The translations under genes were made by a program, and so were the position numbers. From contig NC_058368.1 in assembly GCF_018350175.1 (NCBI RefSeq), positions 22,942,001 through 23,006,000 on the forward strand: DNA of 64,000 nt, in the 5' to 3' direction. The notes beneath the pieces are model-generated. The model saw only the letters and a program-made list of their open reading frames with translations. It made no database searches and had not been told where the DNA came from. Of this stretch, positions 43,291 through 55,234 are shown piece after piece. Within the stretch, counting starts at the first letter, position 1. Every line of letters starts with the position of its first letter. Source of the DNA: Felis catus (Eukaryota).

Positions 43291-43327
43291 GCGGGAAAAC
43301 GTCACTTCCGCCCGCGGCGTCACGTCC
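43291..43327 (-). promoter_or_regulatory. RB1: RB1 core promoter: overlapping Sp1/GABP(RBF-1) site GGGCGGAAGT (43313-43304), ATF/CRE-like TGACGTTT (43304-43297), E2F site TTTTCCCGC (43299-43291), second TGACG upstream
   Basis: Minus strand reads GGACGTGACGCCGCGGGCGGAAGTGACGTTTTCCCGCGG, matching the characterised human RB1 promoter element cluster as I recall it; TATA-less. Confidence 0.92.
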
Positions 43328-43974
43328 GCGAGGCTCCCGAGCCCGCCGGCGTCGGCAGGGAACCGGGGCGCCCAGCGGTGTGCTGGGCGGGGGCGTGAGG
43401 TCGGGCGGCCCGGGCGTGGGCCCCCCGGCCTGGGCCGAGGCACTCTCTCTGAGGCAGCCGCCGCCGCCCGGACGTGTCTCTACTCGAAATTCTCCCCTCC
43501 AGGCCTGGGTGCCGGTAACGGGGCACTGCACAGTCTGGTGCGTGAGATTGGGCCCCGTTTTTATCTGTGGGTTGATCTGGGGCTGCACGCAGCTCAGGCC
43601 CCGCCAGGAATATCAAGCCTGTGCACCCAGGGCGGGCACGCCCCTCTCCCTCCGTGGGCGGTGCCGTCCCTCTGTACCACGCTCCTCCCGCCCAATCCGT
43701 TACTCAGAATCGGCCAAAACAAAAACAAACCTTTGTGGAATGCTTGATGCAAACAGAACTCTGAGGATCACTGGGAGATGGAAAGTGTAGAACAATTACT
43801 GGCCTTTTAGGATCGCTGTTTAGGGAAGGAGAGAGGAGGAGTGCGCAAAGAACAGATTGTAGTGTGATAAATGTTTTAATAGCGGTGTAAAGAACGAGGC
43901 ACCATCGAAATGTCTATGGGACATCTTCAGAGAAGCGGTGGCAGCTGAATGGAAGTTTGCCAGGCCGACCTAAC

Positions 43975-44170
43975 ATTTAAGGAGGGCTTACTATGTACCA
44001 GGGGTTGTGCTGGCCATTTTAACTAATTATCTTAATCCTCAGAAACAACCCTTTGAAATGAGTAGTAGTATTTCTGTTTCCAGATGGGGAAACACGCTCA
44101 GAGGAGTTAATTAATTTGCCCAGCATTACAGAGCTGATGGGTTGCCGAGGATATGATTCTGCTTAACCAT
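43975..44170. mobile_element. MIR remnant upstream of the promoter
   Basis: cttactatgtaccagg...cttaatcctcagaaacaaccct...cagatggggaaac...cccagcattacagagct. Confidence 0.65.
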
Positions 44171-45404
44171 TACGTTGTGTTGACAAGGAATGCGCCCAGA
44201 AGAGAGGAGCATGTGCAAAGGCACAAAGACATCAGAGAAGAGCTTGCTAAAAGAGCTTACACCATCAAACTGGTTTAAAAGCTGTGTCTCTTCTGTGTCT
44301 TAATATTTACTGTAATAATAGACCGTCTAATACGAATACATGGTTTTCTCTCTTTGGCAGACCCAGTGGATTGCCCAATCAGAACTTCCCAACTGAGGCA
44401 CTGTGAATACAATATAGCCGTGTTCTGATGTGAATCCCCTCGTCCTTGGAACAGCTGAACAGAGCTGAGGCAGGGGGAGCCTTCAAGCAAGTCATGGCTG
44501 CAAGCCTCTTGGGTTTATTTTAGCGATTTGCACAATTTGCATCTTCTGTATATACCATGATATATGTCAGGATGTGAAAAGGGTTGGCAGTCATTTGCCT
44601 ACTCAACAGCCAGTCTGGCCCAAGTTCAGGAAAAATCTCTCTGGGGCCAAAAGCTTGTCAGAAGTAGGGCTCACACCCAGCCTCAGCTACAGAGAATGAG
44701 TACCATCAAAGTGGTAATTTTACTCACCTGCCTGGGTTAGTGTAGGCTAACTAACTAACTGCTCAGGATGCAGTTTTGGTCTTCGCAGGATCAAAGGCTG
44801 TCTGCTGGCAGCCTGATAAAATGAGATACAGAGATGACACAGTTCTTCTGCCCTTAACTATTTCCATGAGAATGTGACACTTAAACAGTTGCTGCAGCCA
44901 TTGTGACTTCAGGCAAGCTGACCTGAGGATAAGGCAGAAATGTTAATGATGTTAACAGTAATAATAGCAAAAAAATCTGCCTCCTCGGTGACAACTGAGT
45001 CTGACTTGACCAACTCTGGGGCTGACCTCAACTGAGCTGGGGTTTTCAGTTGTTTCTACCAGAAAGCATTGTGACTGATAACATTTGCCCTCTGAGCCCC
45101 TTCCAAGTAGAGACCAAATCTTAGGCATCATTGTAGCTTTATAGTAGCCAACACAGTGTTAGGCACACAGTAAGTGCTTGTTTGCTAAAAGTAGACGGGC
45201 CAAGAGAGCAGAGGAAAGTTCTGGGAACTGAAGTAAACTCTCTACATGTAGATATGACTTGCTTTATTTAAACCCAGTTTATCAACCTCTAGATTTACCA
45301 CAATTGTGATACATCAGAGATTTTTCAACTTGCAAAACGATGTGTATCTTTATCATGGATTAATTTAAGTGTGTTCCCCACTACATTTAAAATCCTTACA
45401 CACC

Positions 45405-45660
45405 AGGCACCTGGGGGCTCAGTCAGTTAAGCATCCGACTTCAGCTCAGGTCATGATCTCGTGGTTCTTGGGTTTGAGTCCTGTGTCAAGTCCTGCACTG
45501 ACAGGGTGAAACCTGCTTGGGATTCTCTCTCTTTCCTCTCTCTCTCTGCCCCTCCCCTACTCCCACTTTCTCTCTCTCAAAGTAAGTAAACTTAATAAAA
45601 TAAAATAAAATAAAATAAAATAAAATAAAATAAAATAAAATAAAATAAAATAAATAAAAT
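45405..45660 (+). mobile_element. Can-SINE with (TAAAA)n tail
   Basis: SINE body, about 11 TAAAA units, TSD atccttacacac. Confidence 0.9.
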
Positions 45661-46271
45661 ATCCTTACACACAACTCAGGAGCAATTGGATTGATCAAAA
45701 GTTTTATATCCCCCACGGCTTTCTGTTGCACAACCAAAGAAATATTAGAAATTCTGCAGATTCTTCAAAGAAGCTTTTCTTGATCTTTCACCACCAGCAC
45801 TCCACTGAAATCACTCTTTCAAAGGTTACACGTGTCCTACTTGTCAATTCAATGGCTTCTTTCTGGTCTTCATTCTAATTGACTATCTTGCAGTTAACAC
45901 AATTAACCTCTTTTTCTTAAAACGTCCCTAGTCTTCCACAAATCCATGGTCTCCTTTTTCTCCTCCTCCCTTCTGTTCCTTTATTAACTCCCAATCCTTC
46001 TTCTCCTTGTCTTCAGTGAAGTTTCCCTAGAGCAGCAGGACTCAAAGAATGTTCCTTGGACCACTGCCAGTTTGCTTATATCTAGTCCACAGGAGATAAG
46101 CACAGAAATTAAAAGTGCTTAGCAGCATTTATAGCATTTAATATTTCAGCTATATCCAAGCACATGATCATTGGACACTTCTCATTGAACAAAATGTGGA
46201 TTCAGGTGTTCTGCGACTTTTTTGATTGTCCTTACCATCTGTAGTAGGACCACATTATAAGGAGTAAATTT

Positions 46272-48458
46272 CTTCCCCACATTTTTATTTACATTCAAGT
46301 TAATTAACATATAGTGTAGTATTGGTTTCAGGAGTAGAATTTAGTGATTCATCACTTACATACAACACCCAGTGCTCCTCCCAACAAGTGCCTTCCTTAA
46401 AGCCCATCACCCATTTAGCCAATCTTCCCCACTCACCTCCCTCCAGCAACCTTCAGTTTGTTCTCTGTAGCTAAGAGTCTCTTACAGTTTGCCTCTCTCT
46501 CTCTATTTTTTCTTATTTTATTTTTCCTTCCCTTCCCCTATGTTCATCCGTTTTGTTTCTTAAATTCCACATTGAGTGAAATCATATGATATTTGTCTTT
46601 CTCTGACTTATTTCACTTAGCATAATAATACTCTAGCTCCATCCATTCACATTGTTGCAAATGGCAAGATTTCGTTCTTTTTTGATGGCTGAGTAATATC
46701 CCATTATATAATATATATATATAAATATATATATATAATGTATATGGATATGTATGGATATGTATATATCCATATACATTATATATAATATGTATATATC
46801 CATATACATATATGGATAAAGAAGATATGCCATATATCACATCTTCTTTATCTATTCATCAGTCAATGGACATTTGGGTTCTTTCCATAATTTGGCTATT
46901 CTTGATAGCAGTGTTATAAACATTGGGGTGCATATGCCCCTTCGCATCAATATTTTTGTATCCTTTGGATAAATACCTGGTAGTGCAATTGGTGGATCTT
47001 AGGGTAGTTCTATTTTTAACTTTTTGAGGAAGCCCCTTACTGTTTTCCAGAGTGGCTGCTTCAGTTTGCATTCCCACCCACGGTGTAGGAGGGTTCCTCT
47101 TTCTGTGCATCCTCACCAACATCTGTTGTTTCCTGACTTGTTAATTTTAGTCATTATGACAGGTGTGAGGTAGTATCTAATTACGATTTTGATTTGTATT
47201 TCCCAGATGATGGGTGATATAGAGCATTTTTTCATGTGTCAGCTATTTGTATGTCTTCTTTGGAGAAATGTCTGTTCATGTCTTCTGCCCACTTTTTAAC
47301 TGGATTTTTATTTTATTTTATTTTTTTAATTTGAGAGAGAGAGAGTGTGCAGGAGCAGGGTGGGGAAGAGAGGCAGAGGGAGAGAAAATCTTAAGCAGGC
47401 TCTGTGCTCAGTGCAGAGCCCAAGGTGGGGCTATCCCATGACCCTGGGATCATGACCTGAGCAGAAATCAGCAGTCGGACACTCAACTGACTGGGCCACT
47501 CAGGCACCCTTTAACTGGATTATTTATTTTGGGGGTATTGAGTTTGATAAGTTCTTTATAGATTTTGGATACTAGCCCTTTATCCGATATGTCATTTGGA
47601 AATATCTTCTCCCATTCCTGTGGTTGCCTTTTAGTTTTGTTGATTGTTTCCTTTGCTGTGCAGAAGCTTTTTATCTTGATGAGGTCCCAATAGTTCATGC
47701 TTGCTTTTGTTTCCCTTGCCTCTGGCGATGTGTCTAGTAAGAAGCTGCTGGGAATGAGGTCAAGGAGGTTACTGCCTGTGTACTCCTCTAGGATTTTGAT
47801 GGTTTCCTATCTCACATTTAGGTCTTTCATCCATTTTGAATTTATTTTTGTGTATGGTATAATAAACTGGTCCAGTTTCATTCTTCTGCATGTTGCTGTC
47901 CAGCTTTCCCAACACCATTTGATGAAGAAACTGTCCTTTTTTCATTGGATGCTGTTCCTGCTTTGTTGAAGATTAGTTGACCATATAGTTGTGGGTCCAG
48001 TTCTTGGTTCTATATTCTGTTCCATTCATCTATGTGTCTGTTTTTGTGCTAGTACCATACTGTCTTAATGATTACAGCTTCACAATACAGCTTGAAGTCC
48101 GGGCTTGTGATGCCTCCTGCTTTGCTTTGCTTTTTCAATATCACTTTGGCTATTTGGGGTCTTTTGTGGTACCATACAAATTTAGGACTGTTTGTTCTAG
48201 CTCTGTGAAGAATGCTGGTGGCATTTTGATAGGGATTGCATTGAATGTGTACATTGCTTTGGGTAGTATAAACATTTTAACAATATTTGTTCTTCCAATC
48301 CATGAGCATGGAATATTTTTCTATTTCTTTGTGTCTTCTTCAATTTCTTTCATAAGTGTTCTATAATTTTCAGACTACAGATCTTTTTACCCCTTTGGTT
48401 GTGTTTATTCCTATATATCTTATGGGTTTTGGTGCAATTATAAATGAGAGTAATTCCC
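46272..48458 (-). mobile_element. 5'-truncated carnivore L1 nested in the Charlie element, with an internal SINE (~47310-47509)
   Basis: Reverse ORF2 end ([21 protein letters not shown]) and 3'UTR; TSD tataaggagt(g)aaattt at 46256-46271 / 48459-48475. Confidence 0.9.
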
Positions 48459-48624
48459 TATAAGGAGTGAAATTTTGAGGTTAACTGTAACCCAAAAGTG
48501 AATACAAATCTATGAAAATATATTTATTTACTTTTCTCACTTGTATGTTTAGTCATTTTAAATTTTAATTGTTTGTTTTATGAAATTCATAGCTGAGTTA
48601 AGGAAGTAAAATTGTGTCATTTGT

Positions 48625-48848
48625 TTTTCTTTTAATTTTTTTTAATCTTTATTTATTTTTGAGAGAGAGAGAGAGAGACAGAGCGTGAGCTGGGGAGGAA
48701 CAGAGAGAGAGGGAGACACAATCTGAAGCAGGCTCCAGGCTCCAAGCTGTCAGCACAGAGCCTGACCGCGGGGCTCAAACTCATGTACCGTGAGATCATG
48801 ACCTGAGCTGAAGTTGGAGGCTTAACCAACTGAGCCACCCAGGGCCCC
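48625..48848 (-). mobile_element. Can-SINE
   Basis: TSD aaattgtgtcatttgttttt. Confidence 0.92.
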
Positions 48849-49370
48849 AAATTGTGTCATTTGTTTTTAACCCTAAATTATAGATGTCGAAATAAGCCTC
48901 ACTTTCCTGTTTTGTCAAGAAAAGACACATGTCAGCAGTGTGTTAGTAATAATAGTAGTAAATCAAATAATGACCAGAGAAGTGATTCCAAAGAATTAAA
49001 GATCTAAGCATTTTACTAATTTCACTAAGACATATCATCCCCCTTCTATTGAGTTCAGAGCCATCACTCATAGTAAAGTACTAAAACCGACTAATGAAGC
49101 AATAAACTCATCGAAATTCAGTGGCTTTCACGTACAAAATATAAAGAAACTAATTACGAGTTTGATAAAACATTTGGAGTTTTTCCAAGAAAATAATCAA
49201 ACATAGGGAATTCATGGATCCAGAGCCCATTTCTTTAATTTGTAATTATAACTTAATAGGACAAATGTTTGGAACTGATAAAGATTTGATACTATTACCG
49301 ATAAAGAATTGAAGATGAATTTTGAAAATAAAGCATAGGTTGCTCCATTTTGGATAAAAGTAAAAAATGA

Positions 49371-49528
49371 GGGGCACCTGGGTGGCTCAGTTAGTTGAGC
49401 ATCCAGTTCTTGATTTTGGCTCAGGCCGTGATCTCATGGTAGTGATACTAAGCCCCACATGGGCTCTGCATTGGTGTGGAGTCTGCTTATGATCCTCTTT
49501 CTCTCCCTTTGCTCCTCCCACATGCACA

Positions 49529-49571
<43 letters not shown>

Positions 49572-49625
49572 TCTCTCTCAAAAATAAATAAATAAATAAA
49601 TAAACAAACAAACAAATAAATAAAA
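49371..49625 (+). mobile_element. Can-SINE with long (CT)n
   Basis: SINE head; TSD taaaaatga; interrupts the transposase remnant. Confidence 0.9.
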
Positions 49626-50617
49626 ATGAATATCCTGAGCTTGCTGAAATTGCTTTAAAATCATTTCCATTCCCTTAACATACCTTTGAGACACCAATTT
49701 CTCTATGAGTGTTACTGAATAAAACATAGAAACAGATTTACAATATCTCCTGTTAGTGGCATGGTCACCAATTCAACCTAGAGGAGATTATTTAACAAGC
49801 AAGAAACACATTTGCCATGTTTAAAACTATAACTGTTGACAAATTTAAAATAGTAAATACAGGTTTTAATATGGGAAATTGCTTCTTCACTACCAACTTT
49901 TTGTTTAGTTGTTATGAGTATGGAATGATTAAAAAACTAATTGTGTATTAGCAATTCTTTATATAAATCGCCTATACACACACTCTAAGTGAGCAAAGTA
50001 GTTTTTGTAATTTTTTCTTTTATACTATGTTATTTTTTGTTCTGTGTTTTTTGAAATATAATTTTATATGTTAAAATACTAAAACATATGAGTTTGTATT
50101 TGGTGTGACTTTTTTGTTTTCCTTTCATTTTTCTAGTACTTTAAAATGTTTTATTTTCCAGAAGTATTAATTCATGAAAAATTAAAAATTAAAAAAGAAA
50201 GTTCCTTCACAGATAATGTGAGATAACATTGGCCTAAAAGATCTTCAATTCTCCTCTCCTTTTGCTCTATTTCATTTCCATGGTTTAAATGACCTCCCAT
50301 ATGTGTATACTCTTAGATTCTTTCAGGTTTCAAGAAATAGAGATCCACTTAGTTTACCGTAATTATTCAGAATTATTGATTAGTTTAGGGAGAAAAAGTG
50401 AAAGACCCAAAAAAAACCCACAACAAATAAAATAGTCCCTCCTGCCGCACTCATGTACCTTGTCACTCATCCAACAGCTGGCTTGCCTCCTTCCTGCCAG
50501 TGTAAAAGTTGTTAGTCTTCATCTTTTTATAATTTTCTCCTACCACAATGACCTCCTCTCCATTCTTCAGGAGAGAGAATATGACTAGTTCCCTTACTAA
50601 ACTGTAATTTACACTAG

Positions 50618-50783
50618 AAGGACCAGATAACATAATTTGCAAGGCTCAGTGCAAAATGGAAATGCAAGGCCCTTTATTCACAAAATATTGAGATTTTCAA
50701 GATGGTGAGTGCAGAACATTAAACCAAGCACAATGCCTTTCTAACATGGAGTGTTATATAACTGCCCATAAAGCAGTTGTCCA
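50618..50783 (-). mobile_element. MER91A-like hAT-Tip100 MITE
   Basis: cataatttgcaaggctcagtgcaaaatggaaatgcaaggccc...gaacattaaaccaagc matches the recalled consensus. Confidence 0.75.
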
Positions 50784-50899
50784 TGATGGTACATGTCCAT
50801 GAGGGTGTATCTATATCTGTTCTGCTAACTATGGTGCCCCCATGCCTAGTATGTGCCCATGACACTGAGCAATCAATTGGACTTGATATCAAGTGGTAG

Positions 50900-51390
50900 C
50901 TAGTTTGGTACCAAATCATTGTATTAGTTTCCCCTCCTTCCCTGCCCACTCCTCTTTGTCCTCACTCCTATTTCTCTCAAATTGCACTCTGTCTCTCTCT
51001 CCTAGAGAACCCAAGCAAAAGACTTGGCTTGGCTCCAAAGTGTCCTGAAGACACTCAGGATGGGATATTAGATTACGTTACTCACTGATCTTATGGCATT
51101 AAAGACCCAGGCACAGTATGTGGGTACTAAGTGGGACCACACAGTAGTATCATAATGACTAAAGCTTCCCACCTGTGGCCAATCAGGATGCAGTGCACCT
51201 AGAAGGTGGAGCATTGGAATTTGTAGTGGCTCTGATACTTGAGCACTATGGGGACAATAATTACAGGGATTGCGATGGATTCTGTTAATAGAAATGTATA
51301 CTTTGTAAAAGAAAACAATACCTCTGGTCAGTCAACTGTCACCTTAAGCCACACTGAGAAAGGCAGATGTCCTCTATTGGCAGTGATATT
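50900..51390 (+). mobile_element. ERVL-class LTR end plus start of internal sequence (tentative)
   Basis: LTR-end-like ...ctctctcctagagaacccaagc followed by degenerate internal/gag-like text. Confidence 0.4.
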
Positions 51391-51395
51391 GATGT

Positions 51396-53206
51396 AATAC
51401 CAATAAATTATTTTTGCTTTTGTTTTTCTTGCCTAGAGAGAGGTATCCAGAAAAATGTTGCTAAGGCCAGTGTCCAAAAGATTACTACCTATGATTTCAT
51501 CTAGAAGTTGTATGATTTTAGGTCTTACATTAGATTTTACTCCATTTTGAGTTTAGTTTTGAGAATAGTTTAAGAAAGTGGTGCAGCTCAACCATGCTTT
51601 TGGATGTAACTTTCCAGTTTTACCAGCACCATTTATTGAAGAGACTGTCTTTTCCCCATTGTATATTCTTGCCTCCTTTGTTGTAGATTAATTGACTGCA
51701 TAAGCACAGCTTTATTACTGTGCTTTCTATTCTGTTCCATTGATCTATGTGTCTATTTTTGTGCCAGTACCGAACTATTTTCATTACTACAGCTGTACAG
51801 TATACCTTGAAATCTGAGATTGTGATACCTCCAGCTTTGTTCTTCTTTCTCAAGATTGCTTTTGTTATTTGGAGTCCTTTCTGGTTGCATACACATTTTA
51901 GTATTATTCTAATTCTGTAAAAAATACTTTTGGTGTTTAGATAGACATTGTATTGAACCTGTAGATTGCTTTGGGTAAGCAAAGCATTTGGACGTTTTTA
52001 ACTATATTAATTCTTCCAATCCATAAGCATAGTATATCTTTCCATTTGTTTGTGCGGTCTTCAGTGTTTTCAGAGAACAGGCCTTTCATTTCTTTGGTTA
52101 TGTTTATTTGTAGATATTTTATTCTTTTTGATGCAATTATAAATGGGGTTGTTTTGTTAATTTCTCTTTCTGCTATTTCATTACTACTGTATAGAAAGAA
52201 CAGATTTCTCCCATAACTTTACTGAATTCATTTCTCGGTTCTAATAGTTTTTTGATGGGGTCTTTAGAGTGTTCTATGTACAGCATTATGTGATCTGCAG
52301 ATAGTAATTGTTTTAAAGCTTGTGCACAATGAAGGAAACCATCAACAAAATGAAAAGACAACCTACTAAATGGGAAAAGATATTTACAAACTTATATGCA
52401 ATAAGGAATTAATATAAAAAATATAAGGGTGCCTGGGTGGCTCAGTCGGTTAAGCGTCCGACTTTGGCTCAGGTCATGATCTCACAGTTCGTGGGTTTGA
52501 GCTCCACATCAGGCTCTGTGCTGACAGCTCAGAGCCTGGGACCTGCTTTGGGTTCTGTGTCTCCCTCTCTCTCTGCCCCTCCCCTGCTCGCACTCTGTCT
52601 CTCTCTCTTTCTCTCTCTCTCTCAAAAAAAAATTAAACATTTTTAAAAATTAAAAATTTATATATAAAGACCTCATAGAACTCAATACCAAAAAAACAAG
52701 TAATCTGATTGAAATGGGCAGAGGACCTGAATAGACATTTTACAAAAGAAGACATACAGATGGCCAACAGACACATGAAAAGATGTTCAACATGACTAAT
52801 CATCAGGGAAATGCAAATCAAAACCACACTGAAATATCACCTTATACTAGTCAAAATGGCTAGTATCAAAAAGAGAAGAAATAATGTGTTAGCGAGGATA
52901 TGGAGAAAAGAGAACGCTCATGTCCTGTTCTTCTTAATAATGTAAAATGGTGCAGCCACTATGGAAAACAGTGTAAAAGTCACTAAAAACGGTAAAAATG
53001 GAAATAGCATACAATCCAATAATTCCACTATCCAAAGGAAAAAAAATACTAATTCAAGAAAGTATATGCACCCCGAGTGTCTATTGGAGCATTATTTACA
53101 ATAGCCAAGATACTGAAACAACCCCTAAATGTCTATTAAATAGATGGTTGGATGAATGAAGAAGCTGTGGTGTATGGGTGTATATATACCATACACACAC
53201 ACACAC

Positions 53207-53249
<43 letters not shown>

Positions 53250-53605
53250 GAGTAAAATGGAGTAAAATACTCCATTGTGTATATATACCATATATACACA
53301 CGCACACATATATATGGAGTATTTTACTGAGCCATTAAAAAGAATGAAATCTTGCCATTTGCAAAAACATGGGTGGACCTAGAGGGTATTATGCTAAGTG
53401 AAATAAATCACACAGAGAAAAATACCATTATTTCATTTACATGTGGAATCTAAAACACAAAACAAAAAACAGGAAGGGACTCATATATGCAGAGAACAAA
53501 CTAGTCATTGCCAGAGGGAAGAGGGAGTGGGGTAATGGCAACATAGGTGCAGGGAATTAAGAGATGCAAGCTTCCCAGTTATAAAATAAGTAAGTCAGGG
53601 ATGAA
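51396..53605 (+). mobile_element. Carnivore L1 with 5' inversion (minus ~51396-52314, plus ~52315-53605), with a nested SINE (~52427-52660)
   Basis: The outer end of the inverted part maps just upstream of the start of the forward part (aaagcttgtgcac...); TSD not identified. Confidence 0.8.
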
Positions 53606-53619
53606 ATTAATGCTATCTC

Positions 53620-55230
53620 ATAAAGTTTTAGCCTATATTTTCCTCTGAGAGTTTTGTAGTTTAGCTCTTACACTAAGGTCTTTTATTCATATTGAGCTCA
53701 TTTTTGTATATAATGTGAGGTAGGGATCCAACTTCATTCTTTTGTATGCAGATACCACCTGTTACAGCACCATTTTCTATATTGAATTGTCTTGGCACCC
53801 TTACTGAAAATAATTGACCAGAAATGTGAGGGCTTATTTCAGGACTCTCAATTCTGTTCCATTGATCTATGTGTTTACCCTGATGTCAGTACAACATTGT
53901 CTTGATTACTGAGTTTTATATTAAGTTTGAAAGTAGGAAAGTGTGAGTGCTCCAACTTTATTATTTTTTTCAAGAATTCTTTGATGATTCTGAAACTTCA
54001 TTTACATATGAATTTTAGATCTGCTTGTCAGTTTCTGCAAAGAAGCCAGTTGAGATATTAATAGGGATTTCTCTGAAGTTTAGGTCAGTTTGGGGAATAT
54101 TTGTATCTTCACTTTGCCATACTAAATATTATGATTCATAAACATGGAGTGTCTTTCCATTTAATGGGACTTCTTTATTTTCTTTAAGCAATGTTTCACA
54201 GTTTTCAAAATATCAGTACTACATTTATTTAGGTAAATTTATTTATAAGTATTTTATTCTTTTTGGTACTATTGCAAGTGGACTTGTTTTCCTTACTTTT
54301 AGATTGTTCATTATTTTTAATGAATTCCTTAGGACTTTTTCTTTTGTATATACAAGATCATACCATTTGAAAATAGAGATCATTTGACTTCTTCCTTTCC
54401 AATCTGGATGCCTTTTATTTTATTTTCTTGCCTAACTTCCCAGGTTAGAACCTTCAATACAATGTTGAATAGAAGTGGTGAGAACAAACACCATTGTCTT
54501 GTTTCTGTTCCTTAGTGGAACACATTCAGTCTTTTACCATTAAGTATCATCTTTTCTGGGGGGGGATTTTCCTAGAAGCCCTTTATCAGGTTGAGGAATT
54601 TTCTTTCTATTCCTAATATGTTGAGTATTTGTCATGAAAGTGTTATAGATTTAGTCAAATGCTTTTTCTGTATCTATTGAGATGATAATGTAGTTTTTGT
54701 CCTCTATGCTAATATGATGCAATGTGTTATATCAATGAATTTTTAATTGATTTAAATTTTTATTTTATTAATTTTTTGTTTTTTTATTGATTTTCTTTCT
54801 TGATCAGTCTAAGTAGAGCTTTATTGCCTCCACTGTTCTTTTGTAAGAACCAAATTTTCATTACACTGATTTTCACTGAGCTAACTGGTTAATTTATTTC
54901 CTATTTTATTGATTTTCCTTACATTTCTTGTTTCCTTTTTTAAGCTTCCTTTGGGCTAATTTACTCTTCTTTTTTTCCCTTTTGCTTTGGACGATGGAAA
55001 CTTCAAAACTTTAAAATTTAAATTTAATTTAAGCATTTTACACTATAAACTCCCTTCTAGGCAATGATTCAACTGCTATATCTCACAAATATGAGATGGT
55101 TTAGTATGTTGTATTTTTATTAACATTCAGTTCAAAATATTTTATTTCCCATGTGATTTCTTCTCTGTATCATGAGTTATTTTAAAATTTACCATTTACT
55201 TGTTTTATCAATTACTGAGAGAGAAATGTT
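53620..55230 (-). mobile_element. Old L1M ORF2 fragments
   Basis: Reverse-strand ORF2 text (aatacaatgttgaatagaagtggtgag...ccctttatcaggttgagg). Confidence 0.8.
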
Positions 55231-55234
55231 CTCA

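Larger units (their letters stand above)
46033..50231 (+). mobile_element. Charlie4-like hAT DNA transposon fossil with transposase C-terminal remnant, split by an L1 and SINEs
   Basis: Charlie4-like ends (cagcaggactcaaag... / ...cttcacagataatgtgagataacattg); ttttggataaaagtaaaaaatga|atatcctgagcttgctgaaattgcttta reads FWIKVKNEYPELAEIAL across a SINE, a hAT dimerisation-domain motif. Confidence 0.78.
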
